A DNA stretch of 63,853 nucleotides, the filler included, from Choristocarpus tenellus KU-1152 (Eukaryota > Protista > Phaeophyceae), in assembly GCA_964200185.2 (NCBI GenBank). It is 9 parts of 9 records of this genome, joined end to end, with 100 filler letters (N's around TTAATTAATTAA, not from the genome) between each part and the next. Parts side by side here need not be neighbours in the genome. Positions count along the whole stretch, not along the records: positions 16,106 to 33,428 come from CAXNAD020000687.1; positions 33,529 to 36,729 come from CAXNAD020021585.1; positions 36,830 to 43,674 come from CAXNAD020007233.1; positions 43,775 to 48,384 come from CAXNAD020013803.1; 5 more parts are not named here. One strand, written 5' to 3'. Shown here one piece after another: positions 33,193-47,158 of this stretch. Below the pieces are notes generated by a model that saw only the letters and a list, made by a program, of their open reading frames with translations, had not been told where the DNA came from and ran no database searches. Both the position numbers and the translations under genes were made by a program. How positions within the stretch are numbered: position 1 is the stretch's first letter; every line of letters starts with the position of its first letter.

Positions 33193-33428
33193 CAAAGTAT
33201 CTTAGAGGGTAGAGCCGCGTCCGTTTGGGGGTCAAAAATCAATGCTACAATTTTGATGTCATTTTGGCTATTGTGTTTATTAGGAAGTGTCAATATCCTT
33301 GTTCCGGACACACCTTTTCGTAGCATACACATCTTACCTACTCTGAAACATTTCGGACTCAAAGTATCTGAGAGGGGGTGGCGACTGTCCATTTGGGGTC
33401 AATTTTTTAATGTCGCGATTTTTGGGTT
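33193..33428 (+). mobile_element. MITE type A (33193-33359) with a type B copy nested at 33360
   Basis: CAAAGTATCTTAGAGGGTAGAGCC start, then a second CAAAGTATCTGAGAGGGGGTGG terminus before the gap. Confidence 0.8.
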
Positions 33429-33611
33429 NNNNNNNNNNNNNNNNNNNNNNNNNNNNNNNNNNNNNNNNNNNNTTAATTAATTAANNNNNNNNNNNNNNNN
33501 NNNNNNNNNNNNNNNNNNNNNNNNNNNNGAGGGATCCTGTAAATGCACTCTTCCTGCTTTTGGTCCAAATGGACACCCTCGTGTAGACCCCCCCCCCTCC
33601 CAGATACTTTG

Positions 33612-34680
33612 GGTCATTTCGGCAAGGTCTTCAGAGGGGACACCCGTGGAAAGGAAGGAGTGAATGGATGATCCTAAGGCCTGTACTGTGGGGCTCGTGC
33701 AGATTGCCTGCGAGAAGGACTCGCCATGAGGCCCTTGCTGCCTTGCGAGGAGGGTGGGGAGAGTCGCTACCATTCATCCTACGAAAGCCGCATCTTGGTG
33801 GTGTTTCATAGAGGAGAGGCCCAGACACCCCCCGTACTTGTGGGCATCTGTGCCTGTACTTGTTGGTGGGTCTCTAGGTGGAGAGACCCTTTGTTGCACC
33901 CTCCTTCAAGAAAGTCTGTAGCCTCTGTTGAGTCTTCCACCTCCATTATCCTCTCTATTGTCCATAGTGAGGTGTTGTCTGCTTGCTCCATGGTGGAGTG
34001 TGCCAGGAGGGGGGGAGTGACCCTCACTAGATAGCCTAGCCGGGAGGAGAGGGACCTGGAGTTGAGGAGCCAGGCCACCTGTTTGTCCTCCATCTCACTG
34101 AGGTATGTGGCCAAAGCTCGTGAACCAGAGCTCTCGATTACCTCAGCCATATGAGCTTGAATAAAACCATCTGTTTCCACAGGAGCCCCTAATGCAACAA
34201 AACCATTGGGGTTTGGGGCTAGGTTGATTCCCGCTGCAGAGAGGAGCTCCAGTTCCGAGGGCATGGGTTGGTGGCCCTGGGGAGGGGCGGCAAAGATCTT
34301 GTCCATATTTAGGTCAATGCCCACCTCATGGACGTCAGTTTTTAAGTGGTCGAAAGCAGCTATAGTGTTAGGGTCTATCTCTCTTGCTGATATGGATGTG
34401 TCGTCCCGGTAGCTTCGGGAGGATATCCCTTGAGGTCCAAAGACTGAATGGACCTGTTGCAAGGCCTCGTGTGTTGCCATGCAATATGAGAGCGGGCCCA
34501 GTGGGTCTCCCTGTTGTGTCCCAGATCTTGATGGCAGGATCTTCATCCTGCCCTCATCCAGGGGGAAAAGAAGATTTCGAGTGTTCCCATATACCTTGGA
34601 GACATAATGTAGGAGTCCCGGTAGAGTTTCTGGGAGGCCCTGGATGAAAGCTGGGCGACGTACGCTGTTGAAATCGTGAA
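33612..34680 (-). mobile_element. Non-LTR retrotransposon reverse-transcriptase remnant, CRE/SLACS-like
   Basis: DFNSVRR..., SRSGTQQGDPLGPLSY, SYRDD (degenerate YxDD), GIDLNMDK, GFVALGAPV, RLGYLVRVTPP, GGLGL with a frameshift. Confidence 0.88.
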
Positions 34681-34897
34681 CGGATTTTCCTCAAGGGTTC
34701 AGAGGGAGTTTGATCCACCTATATAGGGATATAACGACTGCAACATGTATTTAACGACTGAGTTAGAAGGAAATGCCGCGCGAGAAGACGAAAAACTCGC
34801 GGTGGTTCTGAAACACGCAAACACTTAATGGTAGTCCCAACAACAGCATGTCCACAGGTCCTACGTCGAGCAGATGTTGTGTACAGGAGCTGGGAGT

Positions 34898-36478
34898 ATG
34901 GCCGCAAGGCTGGGCTCAGGATTTGTCCGTCGACGTGGAGGGGCGCTGTTGAAAGCGACTTTGCGACCCAGCTTCGCGAGCTTGGCAGAAGCGTCGACAG
35001 AGGCTGTAGATGCTACACCAGTGGTGCCCGTGCTGAGGGCCCAAGTTAGGGGGCCTTCGGAGCAGGGGAGTGTGGGCGCGAGGAGATGCCGAAGAGGTGA
35101 AATGGTGCCCTAGATGAGAGAGGATATAAGGATGTGGCAAAGGATATACAACATAGTTCAGACCACCTTCGCCTACTTACGACAAGAACCAAGAGGTTAA
35201 ACTATCTTGGAGAACTTTGATTTGGACTTTCATAGTTTTTGGTATGAATCTTAGCGACAGCTGTACTTTTCGACACTATGGCATCTGAGGCTACATTGTC
35301 TGTCCATGCCACACCCAGTTTTTCTCTGGTCCTGCAAGCTCTGCAAGTTTGTGATGGGCAGAGCCAGTGGGTAGATGCCCCTATCCCTAGACCTCTCGCT
35401 GAACCGCTGGTCTTTTCAATGTGCAGCGTTCTCCCTTTCAAAATTCTCCGCAGTCGCCCCTGATTCGGTTGTGAGAGGTGGTGTGTATCCAAAGTATTGT
35501 ACCTTCAAACGAGCAATGCACCTCCGTGACCATCGGTACACGTTATCTGAACTATGATCCAAAGTTCTCAATCTCTACCCTCTCCTCCGCCTGACTTCCA
35601 GCTCAAATATCAAAGACCTTGCTCCAATGTTTTCCCTTTCCGCCAAAACTTAGCGAAAATGTGCCCTGGCGTATTGTATGGTGCGGGTCCTGAAGATTGG
35701 GGACGGGGGGACCGGTTGATGGTCAAGGTGGACAGTAAGTCCATAGACGCCGAGATCCGGCGGCATGGCTCGGCCTTCGAGAACACGGTGAGATGGTTCT
35801 AGGGATCGTTTCCAGGGTAAAGCTAGGATCGGGATTGGCATAGTGCCGAGACGGCGTAATGAGATGCCCTATCTCTTCGAAGCACTTCTGTAAGAGTATT
35901 ATCTCGCCTTGGCATGCCGCTCGCACACAAATACACACACCCTCATGTACACATGGTGAATTGAAACCAATTTTGCAAACTCCGGGCAGGCAGATATTGC
36001 ACTGTCTAGCCGATGCTGTTGGAGCTTCTTGAACCACATCCCGCTCACACACATCAACCGTGATGTTTGCTGTCCGTGGGTATTGGTCTATCTATACCTA
36101 GGCCGATGAAAAGACGCACGAAGAATAGAACACAAACATAGGTCTTGCACTACTGCAAATATTTATGAATACGCGCACAATATTTGTCAACCTGGGCAGC
36201 ACTGAACGAACTGATTTGAACTTGCCCCAACCCAAGAACCTTACGTATCCCCTCTCGCCACCAGTTCCTTTTTCCAGGATTAAAAGAGGTTGGAACTTTG
36301 CTTTGAAAATATTTGTACTACCCCACTGTAAGTTACCCTCTCGTCCTGTCACAGGTCTATAATCTGGTTGTGGAAGGTAGCCAAGAGGAAGAGAGGGAGG
36401 GGGAACGAGGAGGGGGGGAGCAGGGGGAGGTAAAGGAGCCTGTCTTGGTTTTGCCAAACCAAGTAGCACTCCATTCAG
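34898..36478 (+). CDS. rplY: Mitochondrial ribosomal protein bL25 (Ctc/L25 family), 5' part; exons 34898-35096, 35654-35787, 36355-36478
   Basis: Spliced product: Arg-rich presequence MAARLGSGFVRRRGG..., then VLRAQVRGPSEQGSVGARRCRRAKMCPGVLYGAG..LMVKVDSKSIDAEIRRHGSAFENTVYNLVVEG..VLVLPNQVALHS. Phases 1/1 and 0/0 match. Confidence 0.85.
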
Positions 36479-36671
36479 GTAGTGTGTCTTTCTGGTATTT
36501 TGGTATTTTGGTAGAGGCAGAGGAGGAAGTGTGTAGATTGATGTCACCACTACCTTCCGCTAGCCCTCATCTCTACCCTAGAGGTACGCAACAGTTCGGT
36601 TACTGTAAATACCATTGGATTGTCAACCTGTTTATATACTATTGATTGTGAGCGCGGCCCTTCCTCCCAAG

Positions 36672-36729
<58 letters not shown>

Positions 36730-37779
36730 NNNNNNNNNNNNNNNNNNNNNNNNNNNNNNNNNNNNNNNNNNNNTTAATTAATTAANNNNNNNNNNNNNNN
36801 NNNNNNNNNNNNNNNNNNNNNNNNNNNNNGGGGGGGCACATCATTTATTAGAGATGCATAGGCGAGGGCAGCTGCTACTATGGTTCAGGCCCGGTCAAAA
36901 GATGGGTATTGTTTTGGTAGTTAGTGGTTTTGGTCTGCAGAAGATTGTCGTGGAATGTGCTTCATTTGATTTTTTTTTGTGTTTTTGTCTGATGGTTGTC
37001 CTATCGGCTGGTTCAGATGTAGGATTTTTGTGGTGGATTTTGCTGAAGGAGATGATTGATGAATTCGGTTAAGGCTTGGTACGGTTGTTGTGTCTCCTGT
37101 AATAATGAACCAAGTACTGTCAGGTCTTTGAACTTTATTTTATTTTATTTTATTTCTGAAGGTTAAGTTTATTCCTCGTGGAGATGTGTGTATGGTCTTG
37201 CGCTAACAACCACTGAGTAATCGTAATGGTTCCAAATTTTAAAAATGCATATCCAATGCACATGAAAGGAGCCGATAATTGCTTTGAAAGATTTGATTGG
37301 TGGGAGTGAGATGAGGTTTTGTTTACCCCCGACCTGCCTACTGTTTATTTAATAAAAAATGGAAGTACTAGTACTCAGAAAAATTTAAGGTACAATGGAA
37401 TTGAAAGTGGAAGGGTACATGTGTGGGGATCCCAGACCCTCCTTGAGTTGGTCTCGACCTACCTGACAGGACACTTGCAAAGTGAAATCGCAGGACAATT
37501 AGTTGGGACCTGAAGTGTTTGGTTTGATTCGACTGGTGATTTGATTCTGTGACAGTTGGGATTTTTGTGTGCTGAAAGGATGTCAAAGCTTGTCATCTGG
37601 GAAGTGTAATATTGATTACGATGATGGTGATATTGATAATAGTAGCAATAACAAGTATGTGTGGAGAGGATCTGCTAATTCTGTGTGATTACCTACTGCA
37701 GTTTGAAGGCCTTCTTTGCCCTTGGTCTGTCTCCCATCCTTCTCAAATACCCATGCTTTTTTTTAATTGACAAAAAAAG

Positions 37780-40700
37780 GTCGGTGGAAGCTGCCAGATC
37801 CGAGGCGGAGATTGTGATCTTTGATGTTGTGGAGAGTGCTCTTAAAAAGACTGGACTCAAGGGCAGGGACATTGACATTCTCATTGTGAACTGCAGGTAT
37901 GTTTGCATGTTTTGTTGTTTTGGGTTGAATTATTATCTTTTCCTTATTGTGTTGAGTCTAGGGTTTGGGAGTGAAGTGTTCTGATATGGGGGTGCTGCTG
38001 AGTAGGTAATTTAGGGCCCCTCTGAATTTCTGGGGGCACATCTTTTTTGTTCAATACCTGGGGTACTTTCTGTTTGAAGGTGGTTAGTTCTTTTTGTTCA
38101 ATACCTTGGGTACTTTTTGTTTGAAGGTGGTTCTCTTCGTTGACACCCTTTTTTTGGATTGATACATTCATCTTCCTCATCAATGAAGTAGAAACAAACC
38201 GGTTTGACTCGATAGTGCCAAAATTGATGCTCCTCTGATTGGTTTCGACCCATTAAGGGTTAGGTTTTTGATTAGTTTTGACGTGGGGTAGGGTTAATGG
38301 TTTAGGGTTACGACTATTTTGTGTGGGTGTTTGTTTTGCTTGTCTTGTGCACTGGATATCTTAATGTAACCATATAGGTATTGTTGCATGGTGTACTAAT
38401 AGTGTAGTACATACATTTATGTACTATTAATAGTGTAGTACATACATTTATGTACTGTTAATAGTCTAGTACATACATGTATGTACTATTAATAGTGTAG
38501 TATCTAGTAGTCTTGGTATAATGGTACCTATTCAATATGTTGGAGGAGTGAACTGATGATTGGAGATTCATAGTGTAAGGCGTTTTGCTTTGGGATATTG
38601 TGAGGTGTATTATATGGTCATTTGGCTGAGTAGCAAGAGTGAAGTACCGGTTGGGATGAAAGGGAGAACTGCCAGAGTTATCTTTGCCATGTTGTGGTCT
38701 CAAGCACGAATAGATCATTTTATCCTATCAAGTCCTATTTATTCACAGTGCAGGATGAGAGGATCAAGTCGTGGTGTGGAAGTCGTGGTGTGACTAACTA
38801 CATGGGCCTGATGTTCCATGTATTGATACTCAGTTTGCACCCAACTTTTGTTTTTTATTGTCAAGCTTTTCTCCAACTGTCTGGCATGATGGTAGTGTAA
38901 CACATGTTATTTTTGATGTGCTTGCCAATTCCCTCTGACCCTGAGATGTTTTAACCTTTCAAAAGGTTTTTGGGGTGTATTGAGTGTATGTAGTGCAATG
39001 ACTATCATAAAAATTTCCAAACTTTCCTATTTTTCCAGTATTTGAGAGGAACAGGTTAGGAACTAGGTTGGGGAACGAACATTTTAAATTTAGTAAAAAA
39101 TTAAATTTCGGATTTTTTTTGCATGAAGTTGTTGTCATTAGCAATTGATCTTCAAGGAGGGTTGCTAGATTTTATGTCGTACATTGTGGTATTATCTTGT
39201 ACCCATGACTAATCCTTCTTACATGATAAGAGTTTCTATACAGGGAATCAAATGCTGACCTTATTCTGTTGAGTTGAAAATACTTGGTTTTAGTGTAGGA
39301 AATACGAAAAGAGTTTTATGTTTTGTGTGTTTTCTTTGCTTCAGTCTAATAGAGATTATGGAGAGGATGATTTGTGATGGTATTCCGTTATGGCTGAAGG
39401 TGAAGTTTTTACTACAGGTGACTGCGCCCAACTGACCAATCACCTTGGTAACATTGTGGTGGTATTTTGTGAGAGTGTTGCCTTCATGCATGATACGCAC
39501 GCCTCTTCCTTGTTCGACCAGTTTTATATTTTTCGTATGTTGAAAAAAATTGTTGCCTGGACAATTTCTCGGCAGAACGCATTTTGTTTTATTTGTGAAG
39601 CACCTAATGAGGCCATGTGATGACTGTTTGTGCTCTTTGTTGCTGTGCTGTGTTGTGTTTGTGTTTGTGTTGTGTTGTGTTGTGTTGTGTTGTGTTTCCT
39701 ACTGTGTTGTGGTGTTTTGTATTGTATTACGTGTTACATTATGTTGTATGTTTTGCTGTCTGTGCTGTGCTGTGTTGTGTTGTGTGTTATGTTAGTCTCT
39801 TCTCGCCAACACCGTCACTATGTTCCATGGTGAGCCACAAGTTTGGAATGCGCTCAGACACGCGTACATTCAACCTGAGTGGGATGGGCTGCAGCGCTGG
39901 GGTGATTTCCCTTGACCTCGCTAAGGTATACCTTTATTGGCAATACTCAACAGTGAATGAAAAGATGGAGTGAACTAAAGGAGATTAGGTTAAAGGGAGG
40001 TGTTTTTTAATTGTGTTGAAGGGAAAGGATGTGAAGTGACCAAGACATTATTAGGAAATGTACGATGTGAACTTTTTATTATTATTATTATTATTATTAT
40101 TCTTGTTCACGGTTGAAAACAAGTTTGCAGTTTCCACTATAATTTTTTGTGTATTGTTCGTGTGTTTGTAATTGTTCTATTTGTTGTATCACCTCATTCT
40201 TTCCGGGTGTCGCACTTATCACTAGTCTTGATTGTCATTCCATTTCATTTTGACTGTGGATGAATGTAATTCTTGCAGGAGCTGCTCAAGGCCAAACCGA
40301 ACTCTACAGCTTTGATTGTTAGCACAGAGAACCTAACGCAGAACCTCTACCATGGCAATGAGCGGTCTATGCTGCTACAGGTTGGTGCTTGTATAATTTC
40401 CTTAGACCTTTATTTGTCTTTTTTTCTTGGCCTGCTGTACAGGAGTAGCGTATGTGCATACATAGAGATTGTTCTCTTTTCTGTATTTATAATAGTAGTA
40501 GTGGTAATAGTAAGATAGAGGATACAATGGTATATTGTTGGGAAGAGCACGATAAATTATTATAATAATTGTGTTTCCTAATACCAGGTTCTATTTTTTA
40601 AAATCGTTTTTGTTAGGTGGGAGGGATTAATATATGAATGACTTGGACAAACAAAGTATGATACGTGGTGTGGGGTACAATTCAGTTTTTGATAATTTGA

Positions 40701-42764
40701 TGGGTATTTCTGTCGTAAATAATGGACAAGTCTGAGGTATATGAGTTTGGGCACATCCCCATGAATGAATGATTTGTTGTAGGAGTTAACTGTTTCATTT
40801 GTGGATACCAAAATTGTATGTAGTTACCTACATTTCTGAGAGTGGTGCCGGACGAATCTTCCAACAAGCTGGTTTGATAGATGTAGACTGTTCTACAGAC
40901 CACTGTGATTTATATAACTTATCCTCCCCAAGCACAAGCAATCTTTGATGGATTCAACTGAATGTGTTTGTACTGAGGAACAATTTGTACATGTTTGAGA
41001 GATGATGTGAGTGGATGTTTTTTACCGATGTGCAGGGTGCTTTTGTATTGTTAGATTTTATCAACTTGAAAAGTAGAGGGTGACCCTAGTGAGCATTGAA
41101 TCTGAGTAGATGTACTGATGATGTCATGTTGATCAGTGCACTCCTAGGGCTTTCACAATGGGGATGATATTATTTGTGCTATCATAGAAGAACAAGAGGA
41201 CCAAGTACTGACTATATGTAGTTACAGTAGTAGTAGTGAAACCAAGTACAGACTGTATGTAATTACAGTAGTAGTAGTGAAACCAAGTACAGACTGTATG
41301 TAATTACAGTAGTAGTAGTGAAACCAAGTACAGACTGTATGTAATTACAGTAGTAGTAGTGAAACCAAGTACTGACTGTATGTAATTACAGTAGTAGTAG
41401 TGAAACCAAGTACAGACTGTATGTAATTACAGTAGTAATAGTGAAACCAAGTACGGACTGTATGTAGTTACAGTAGTTGTAGTAAGAGCCCAGATTTGTT
41501 GATGATTTGTGTGAAAAATGACAAAGAGTGATCTTTGTATAGGAATAGGAGTTAAGAACCAGGCAGCGATATGCGATTGTCTTTTCTTGATGCATAGGAG
41601 CAAATTAATTATTTGTGTTGATAAAGCAGTGACTGGTACCCTAGACTTGGGATTTGTGCATCATCTCTTATTGTTGAGTTGCCCTCTGTGGTTTGTGGTA
41701 CATAATTCCTGGGTAGAAAGGATTTGTGTGTTCTCACTGGCTCTTCCATAATGATGTACAAGTTTTAGTACTCTTTTTTTGTCTACTGATCTGTGAAGAA
41801 CAAAATAGTTAAATCTTGATTTGTATTGGTGTCTGGGTGTATGCGGGTTTTGTGTAGTTACATGTCTTTTTTGTTGATAGTGATGGGAAAAGAGAATATA
41901 CTGGAAGGGAATAAAAATTAACAGAAAAAATAAAATCGAGACATACATATTTTTTCCTTTTCTGGATTCTGAAGAAAATGTTTTTTGATTTTTTTTAACG
42001 CTTGTGTTGGTGGAAAAATGAACTGTTTTTTGTATTCAGTGCAAGGGTTCACATGAAGCTTTTCTCGGGAATGATACGTAGACCTCTTGCTTACACTGTC
42101 TCTTTGAAATGAGAAACAAAACTACGGTTTGGTTGGCATGGTATGGAAACAGGTAGATTTTCTCTGAAGGGGTTGATGCAAGATGAGACTCCCAACACAA
42201 AACCAGTCGGTGGGGGTACAGTGGGGGGATTGGTTGAAGGTTGAATGGTGACCGATAGATGATGAATGATGAATGATGAATGAAGTCAAAGATACTATTT
42301 GGCGTTGGAACATGACAGCAACTTTTGCTGTTGTACCAATTCACCTTTGTTTGATTCATGTCAATGTCTTGTTTCTCCTGGGATGGGAATCTTGGAGCTT
42401 TTGCTGCGTGTTTGAGTCTATTTATTTTTTTACACGCTTCCTTCGCCTGGTGTTATTTTACAAGAACCTGACCCTTTTTGTTTTTCTTCTTTTGATCTTT
42501 CTGACTGACTCTCTTCTTCTCATCTTTTTGTTTTCCCCCGGTTGACTGAAAATTTCTTTGGGGTTGGTTTTTTCTGTGGGTGCATGGTGTGTGTGTGTAT
42601 GTGTGTATGTATGTATGTATGTATGTGTGTGTGTGAATGGAACATGCCTGTGTTGGGTGTAGAACACCCTGTTCCGTTGTGGAGGAGCGGCGATTGTGCT
42701 CTCTAACAAGTGGCAGGATGCTAGTCGTGCTAAGTTCAAGCTTCTATACACTGTACGCACACAG
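37780..42764 (+). CDS. KCS: 3-ketoacyl-CoA synthase (FAE1/type III PKS-like elongase), internal exons 37780-37896, 39796-39925, 40279-40380, 42663-42764
   Basis: [92 protein letters not shown]; catalytic Cys in GMGCSAG. Confidence 0.95.
38393..38500. repeat. Intronic ~31-bp tandem repeat, 3-4 copies
   Basis: Unit TACTATTAATAGTGTAGTACATACATTTATG. Confidence 0.8.
41200..41483. repeat. Intronic 41-bp tandem repeat, ~7 copies
   Basis: Unit GAAACCAAGTACAGACTGTATGTAATTACAGTAGTAGTAGT. Confidence 0.95.
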
Positions 42765-44288
42765 GTGATAACAGACACGGTCGAGATCAATACATGTAAT
42801 ATAATTATGTTGTGTGTTATTTTATGTATGATTTGTTGTGTAGTATCATTTATTTATTTATTTATTTATTGTTGTAGGTTGTTATTTTGTTGCGATAAAT
42901 TGTTGAGTTATTGTTTTTTTGGGTTTATCAAGTACTATGTAGTACACCTTTTTAAACTCATGATATTGTTTTTTTGTTTTTTGTTTTTTGTTTGATGCTA
43001 TGTGCGGTATTTATATGCGCGTGTTATGTTTTGATTAGGATGTCCTTTTTGGGCTGTTGATCCGCTTGTGGGCTTGGTTGCGGTCACATTGGTTCTATGA
43101 TCTTGAAATCTTTTGCAGGGTGAGGGGAACACACTCTCTCACACCTAATTCACCTGTTGTTTGTTGTGCTGAGGTGTTGGGGTGCTGTAGGAGGTGTCTC
43201 TCCCCTGTGCTTCTCCTGTCTGGGTACCCAATGGTGTGAGGAGTTTGATTCTTACTAATAATAATAGTAGTAAGGGGTGTACATTTGTTACCTTTGTGTT
43301 TTATGTTGATGTAGTTTTGTAGTTTGGGAAAAAAGAAGTAGAGGTGTGTATGAGCTGTTTACCTTTTCATGAGGGGATGTGATGAATGATTTGTCTTTTT
43401 GGGAGAAGTACGTGTATGTTTGTTGGGTTATTGTTTGCTAGTCTACTATGATAAAACCTAGTCTTTGTTGAGTGTGTGTGTTGGGTGGTCTTTTGTTAGT
43501 CTACTGTAATAAAACCTAGTCTTTGTTGAACATTGTTAGTATGTGGGGAGTAAAGACTATTTGAAATAAAGACATTTTTTATTGTTGTGAGATGTCTTTA
43601 TATAAAAAGTCCTTCCCCCCCCCCTCCCCCCCCCCCTCCTTGAAATAGAACAAATTGTTCAGTTGCTGCAGAAGNNNNNNNNNNNNNNNNNNNNNNNNNN
43701 NNNNNNNNNNNNNNNNNNTTAATTAATTAANNNNNNNNNNNNNNNNNNNNNNNNNNNNNNNNNNNNNNNNNNNNAAACAATTGACCCCAAATGGACAGCC
43801 GCCACCCCCTCCCAGATACTTTGAGTCATGTGGGGCGAAGGTTTCCACAGACAGTCTAGAGCGCTCTTTAGTCACAGCGATTGGTAAGCGATAACTCCTG
43901 ACTATTTCTAAATATCCACTGGACTCCAAAGGGAACCTCCGCAGCCCATGCAATTTCTCCTTCCCCATCTATTGTGTCCCCCCTGTCATCACCCCAGCAC
44001 TTGCGTAATCAACTAGTCTCAACCTCCCTCCGTCCCTCCTCTCATTTTCATTTACACCTTCTTCCTCTCAATTCCCTCCTACAAGTCCAATACTTTGCAC
44101 ACACGCACGTTTTTGTCTCTTGAGACCAGGTGTTGTCTTTGCCTGACATATCTGCCTTGTTCCCTTTTTCCTCAGCCATGTTTGGGCACACTACATGAAG
44201 ATATATATGGAAATATTTGGATGCAACAGAAGTGCACCTATGTAGATGACATGCAATAACTTACTCACACACACAAATGCACACTCAC

Positions 44289-47158
44289 CTGGTCCAACAC
44301 GCCAAAGGCAATGATCGGCAGACCAGTAAAGAAAATATTGAAGGATTGGTACATGATGTCATAGTAGAAGCTCTGACCGGAAAAGAGAGAGACAAAACCG
44401 AACAAGAACTGTGGAAGGACCAGGAGAGCATTCTTGTAGAACATGTACACAATAACCTGTCCAGGAGAAGACACAAGTCTGCAAAATTGCTTTTATGTGC
44501 ATGGATGTTTCAATACAAGTTCGTACAGATGGAATTTGCTGTGCATGGGCGACCGTTCTGTACAAGTAATGAGTGGAGTATTTGAGGGGGTACGAGTTTT
44601 GCCCTGTTTGTCCATTAGGGGCTTGGCTTCCCACTGGTTTTTAATGGCATCTTACCTACTCCAAAATCTTTTAGGGTAGGTAAAATGCACATGTTAAGAA
44701 ATGGTGTGTCCGAAACAAGGATATTGACACTTCCTACCAAACACAATAGCAATAATTTCATCAAAATCACAACATTGGATGTTGGCCCCCAAACTGACGC
44801 GGCTCTACATTCTAAGATACTTTGACTCAATGTTTAGCTTGCCTGGCAGAGACCAATGTAAGTTCAACTGAACTATTTTATCTAGGGCAAATATATGTGT
44901 ATATTGTAGGGGAGGGGCAACACAAACATTGGGGTAGCACCATGGTCAACACAAAGTCTGAGAGGAAGAGAGATGACTGGCACTTAAACGCTTTCCTCAC
45001 TTCCCCATTGACAACTGTGGCAATGTGTGTTGCTATGCTGTAGTTGGGCCTTTCTTTGTGCAGGCTCAACCCATCTGTCCCTGTTGCCTCTCCTGATCTT
45101 CGTCTGTTGAGCATTTCTTCTATACAGAGAGGAAAAATGAGAAGGACCGATAGTTCCATCTGCTGAAGATATGCTTCTACTGCTGGATTGCTAGAAGGGT
45201 ACTGCAAAATACTATGAAGCTCCTTTCATACCGGCTGTATATACTACCTCGCTCATACCTTGCAGATTCGGTAGTAGCACCACCGCCCATGGACCAGCAG
45301 CAAACGCTCAATAAAGCGGAATTGTCCAAAGCTGTAGTCAGAGTTATTTACTGCTTGCGAACCCTCCAGACCGTGGATACCTACCCCCACATGTGCTGCC
45401 TTATAAAATTGGACAATGAAGGTTGTGGCATGGGCTATTGGGACTTCGACTTTTATTGGGGGCAACAATTATTGGGGACATAAAACATTGGAGACATAAA
45501 ACGCCTTCAGGAATGTATATGTTTAGAGGGGGCTGGGAGAGTGGAGTGTATCTGTGCATGCATGTATGCATTGAGGCTGGAGATCTCAGAAACTTCATGA
45601 CTAGGAGAATACAATTTCCCCAAGAAATATGGCACGCCATAAAGGTTGGGGGCCTATGGAGACAAGGATATGAACAGATATATGACTCCCAGAGAGGTGA
45701 AGGAGGGGAAGACACAGATTGTATACGTAAACTCAGGTGCACAACATGGAGATTTGTTTACGAAGGCTTTGAGGAGTAACATTTTTGAATTCCACCCTAA
45801 AACTATCATACGCTGTGACTAAGGGGTAGTGTGTAGATTGAGTTCTTTTTATTCTTGTTACATGGACAGAGCAGGGGAGTTTGTCAAGATTTTGCTTGTT
45901 CATATGTGGGAATAAGATTCGAAGTGTGCAGATTGAGTTGATTTGAAGTTGGGATTTTTATTTTGGACTGGTTTGATTCTCACTGCATAGTCAGAGCAGG
46001 GAGTGTGTCGAGATTTTGCTTGACCATTTGTGAAATTAAGATTCGAAGTCATATTGGATGCACACACAAAAATGATGCGGGACATTCGGGATATTTATTC
46101 GAACTGTTGGGTCATTTGGCATTCTGAGTTATTTGCTGTAAGGTTTGGTGAGCCCCGTCTGGTGATGAGGTCTCACTCTCTACTCAAATTTGATGCAAGC
46201 TAATAAACAATAATATAACTGGTTTTGTGGGACAACAGATTGTCAAGGACAGCTTAACACTACCCAGGAGTCAGGCATATCGGTGTCCCTTGAACCTGTA
46301 AGAGTAGGTGCATGACGCATTTCGGAGTGCATGCATGAAGATTGCCTTCTACAGCTCTGTTGTGCCATAAAATACATATATTCCTGTGCAACTCAGTCAC
46401 TCTCGGCCTACACCCCATCCTTGCATGTTTGATACGGAACAATATTGTCCATGTTCCAGAATATTTTTCTAATGAGAGACGTTTATGGGAGTTGGTAATG
46501 CTGCTGTGAAAATACTTACTAAAAAACATGGTTACACTCCATATCGGGATTGCAATCCATTAACAATAATTGTGATGTACATTTCTTGGAGTAATTAATA
46601 TGAGGAGGGGATGACCAAATCAAATCTACATATTCTGGGGGGAGAGGATTGTGTAAAAGTAACCCTAAGAAAAAACTTCAAAAAGTGGGCAAGCACTTTT
46701 GTCAGAACAATGGGATGTGCAGATTCAGGTCTGCAATAGCCTAAGGAGCTGCTGCACATATTCAAATTATGCGGAGGTTAATTCCAGAGGAAAACACCTC
46801 CTCCTGTCAATAATGGGAGTACCATCACAATACGAAGTGCAACATACGATATCAAAGTTGTTTAGCTCAAATAGTACCTTATCTTCAAATCACCTTCAAC
46901 ATGGGGACATCATTTGCTCCATCCCCAATGCTCAGTGTAACCGCTCCAGGTTGGATCCCTCGCACCATCTCCACCACCTGACTCTTCTGAAGTGGACTAA
47001 CACGTGCACACACCACACTGGAGCACACCTCACAGAGTGAAATAAATTCTGCCTCAAGTCCATGTTGCATCACACCTGCCAGGGCATAGGTGTCCACAAC
47101 TAAAGCTCCACCACTTTGCCGAGCTTGACTTGCCCGCTCTTTGAGCTCAGTCAGCAGC
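44289..47158 (-). CDS. P4-type ATPase (phospholipid flippase), internal exons 47158-46894, 45399-45259, 44456-44289
   Basis: [111 protein letters not shown]. Confidence 0.96.
44574..44824 (-). mobile_element. MITE type A in a flippase intron
   Basis: Reverse complement of the type A consensus, ending TCTAAGATACTTTG. Confidence 0.82.

Noticed and set aside
35723-36052. Cys-rich minus-strand ORF as a zinc-finger protein
   Set aside because: Lies antisense within the bL25 gene, mostly in an intron; no coherent motif.
41200-41483. CRISPR-like array (41-bp repeats)
   Set aside because: No spacers; simple minisatellite in a KCS intron.
37780-47158. Lipid gene cluster (KCS plus flippase)
   Set aside because: On different contigs joined by an artificial linker, so linkage is unproven.
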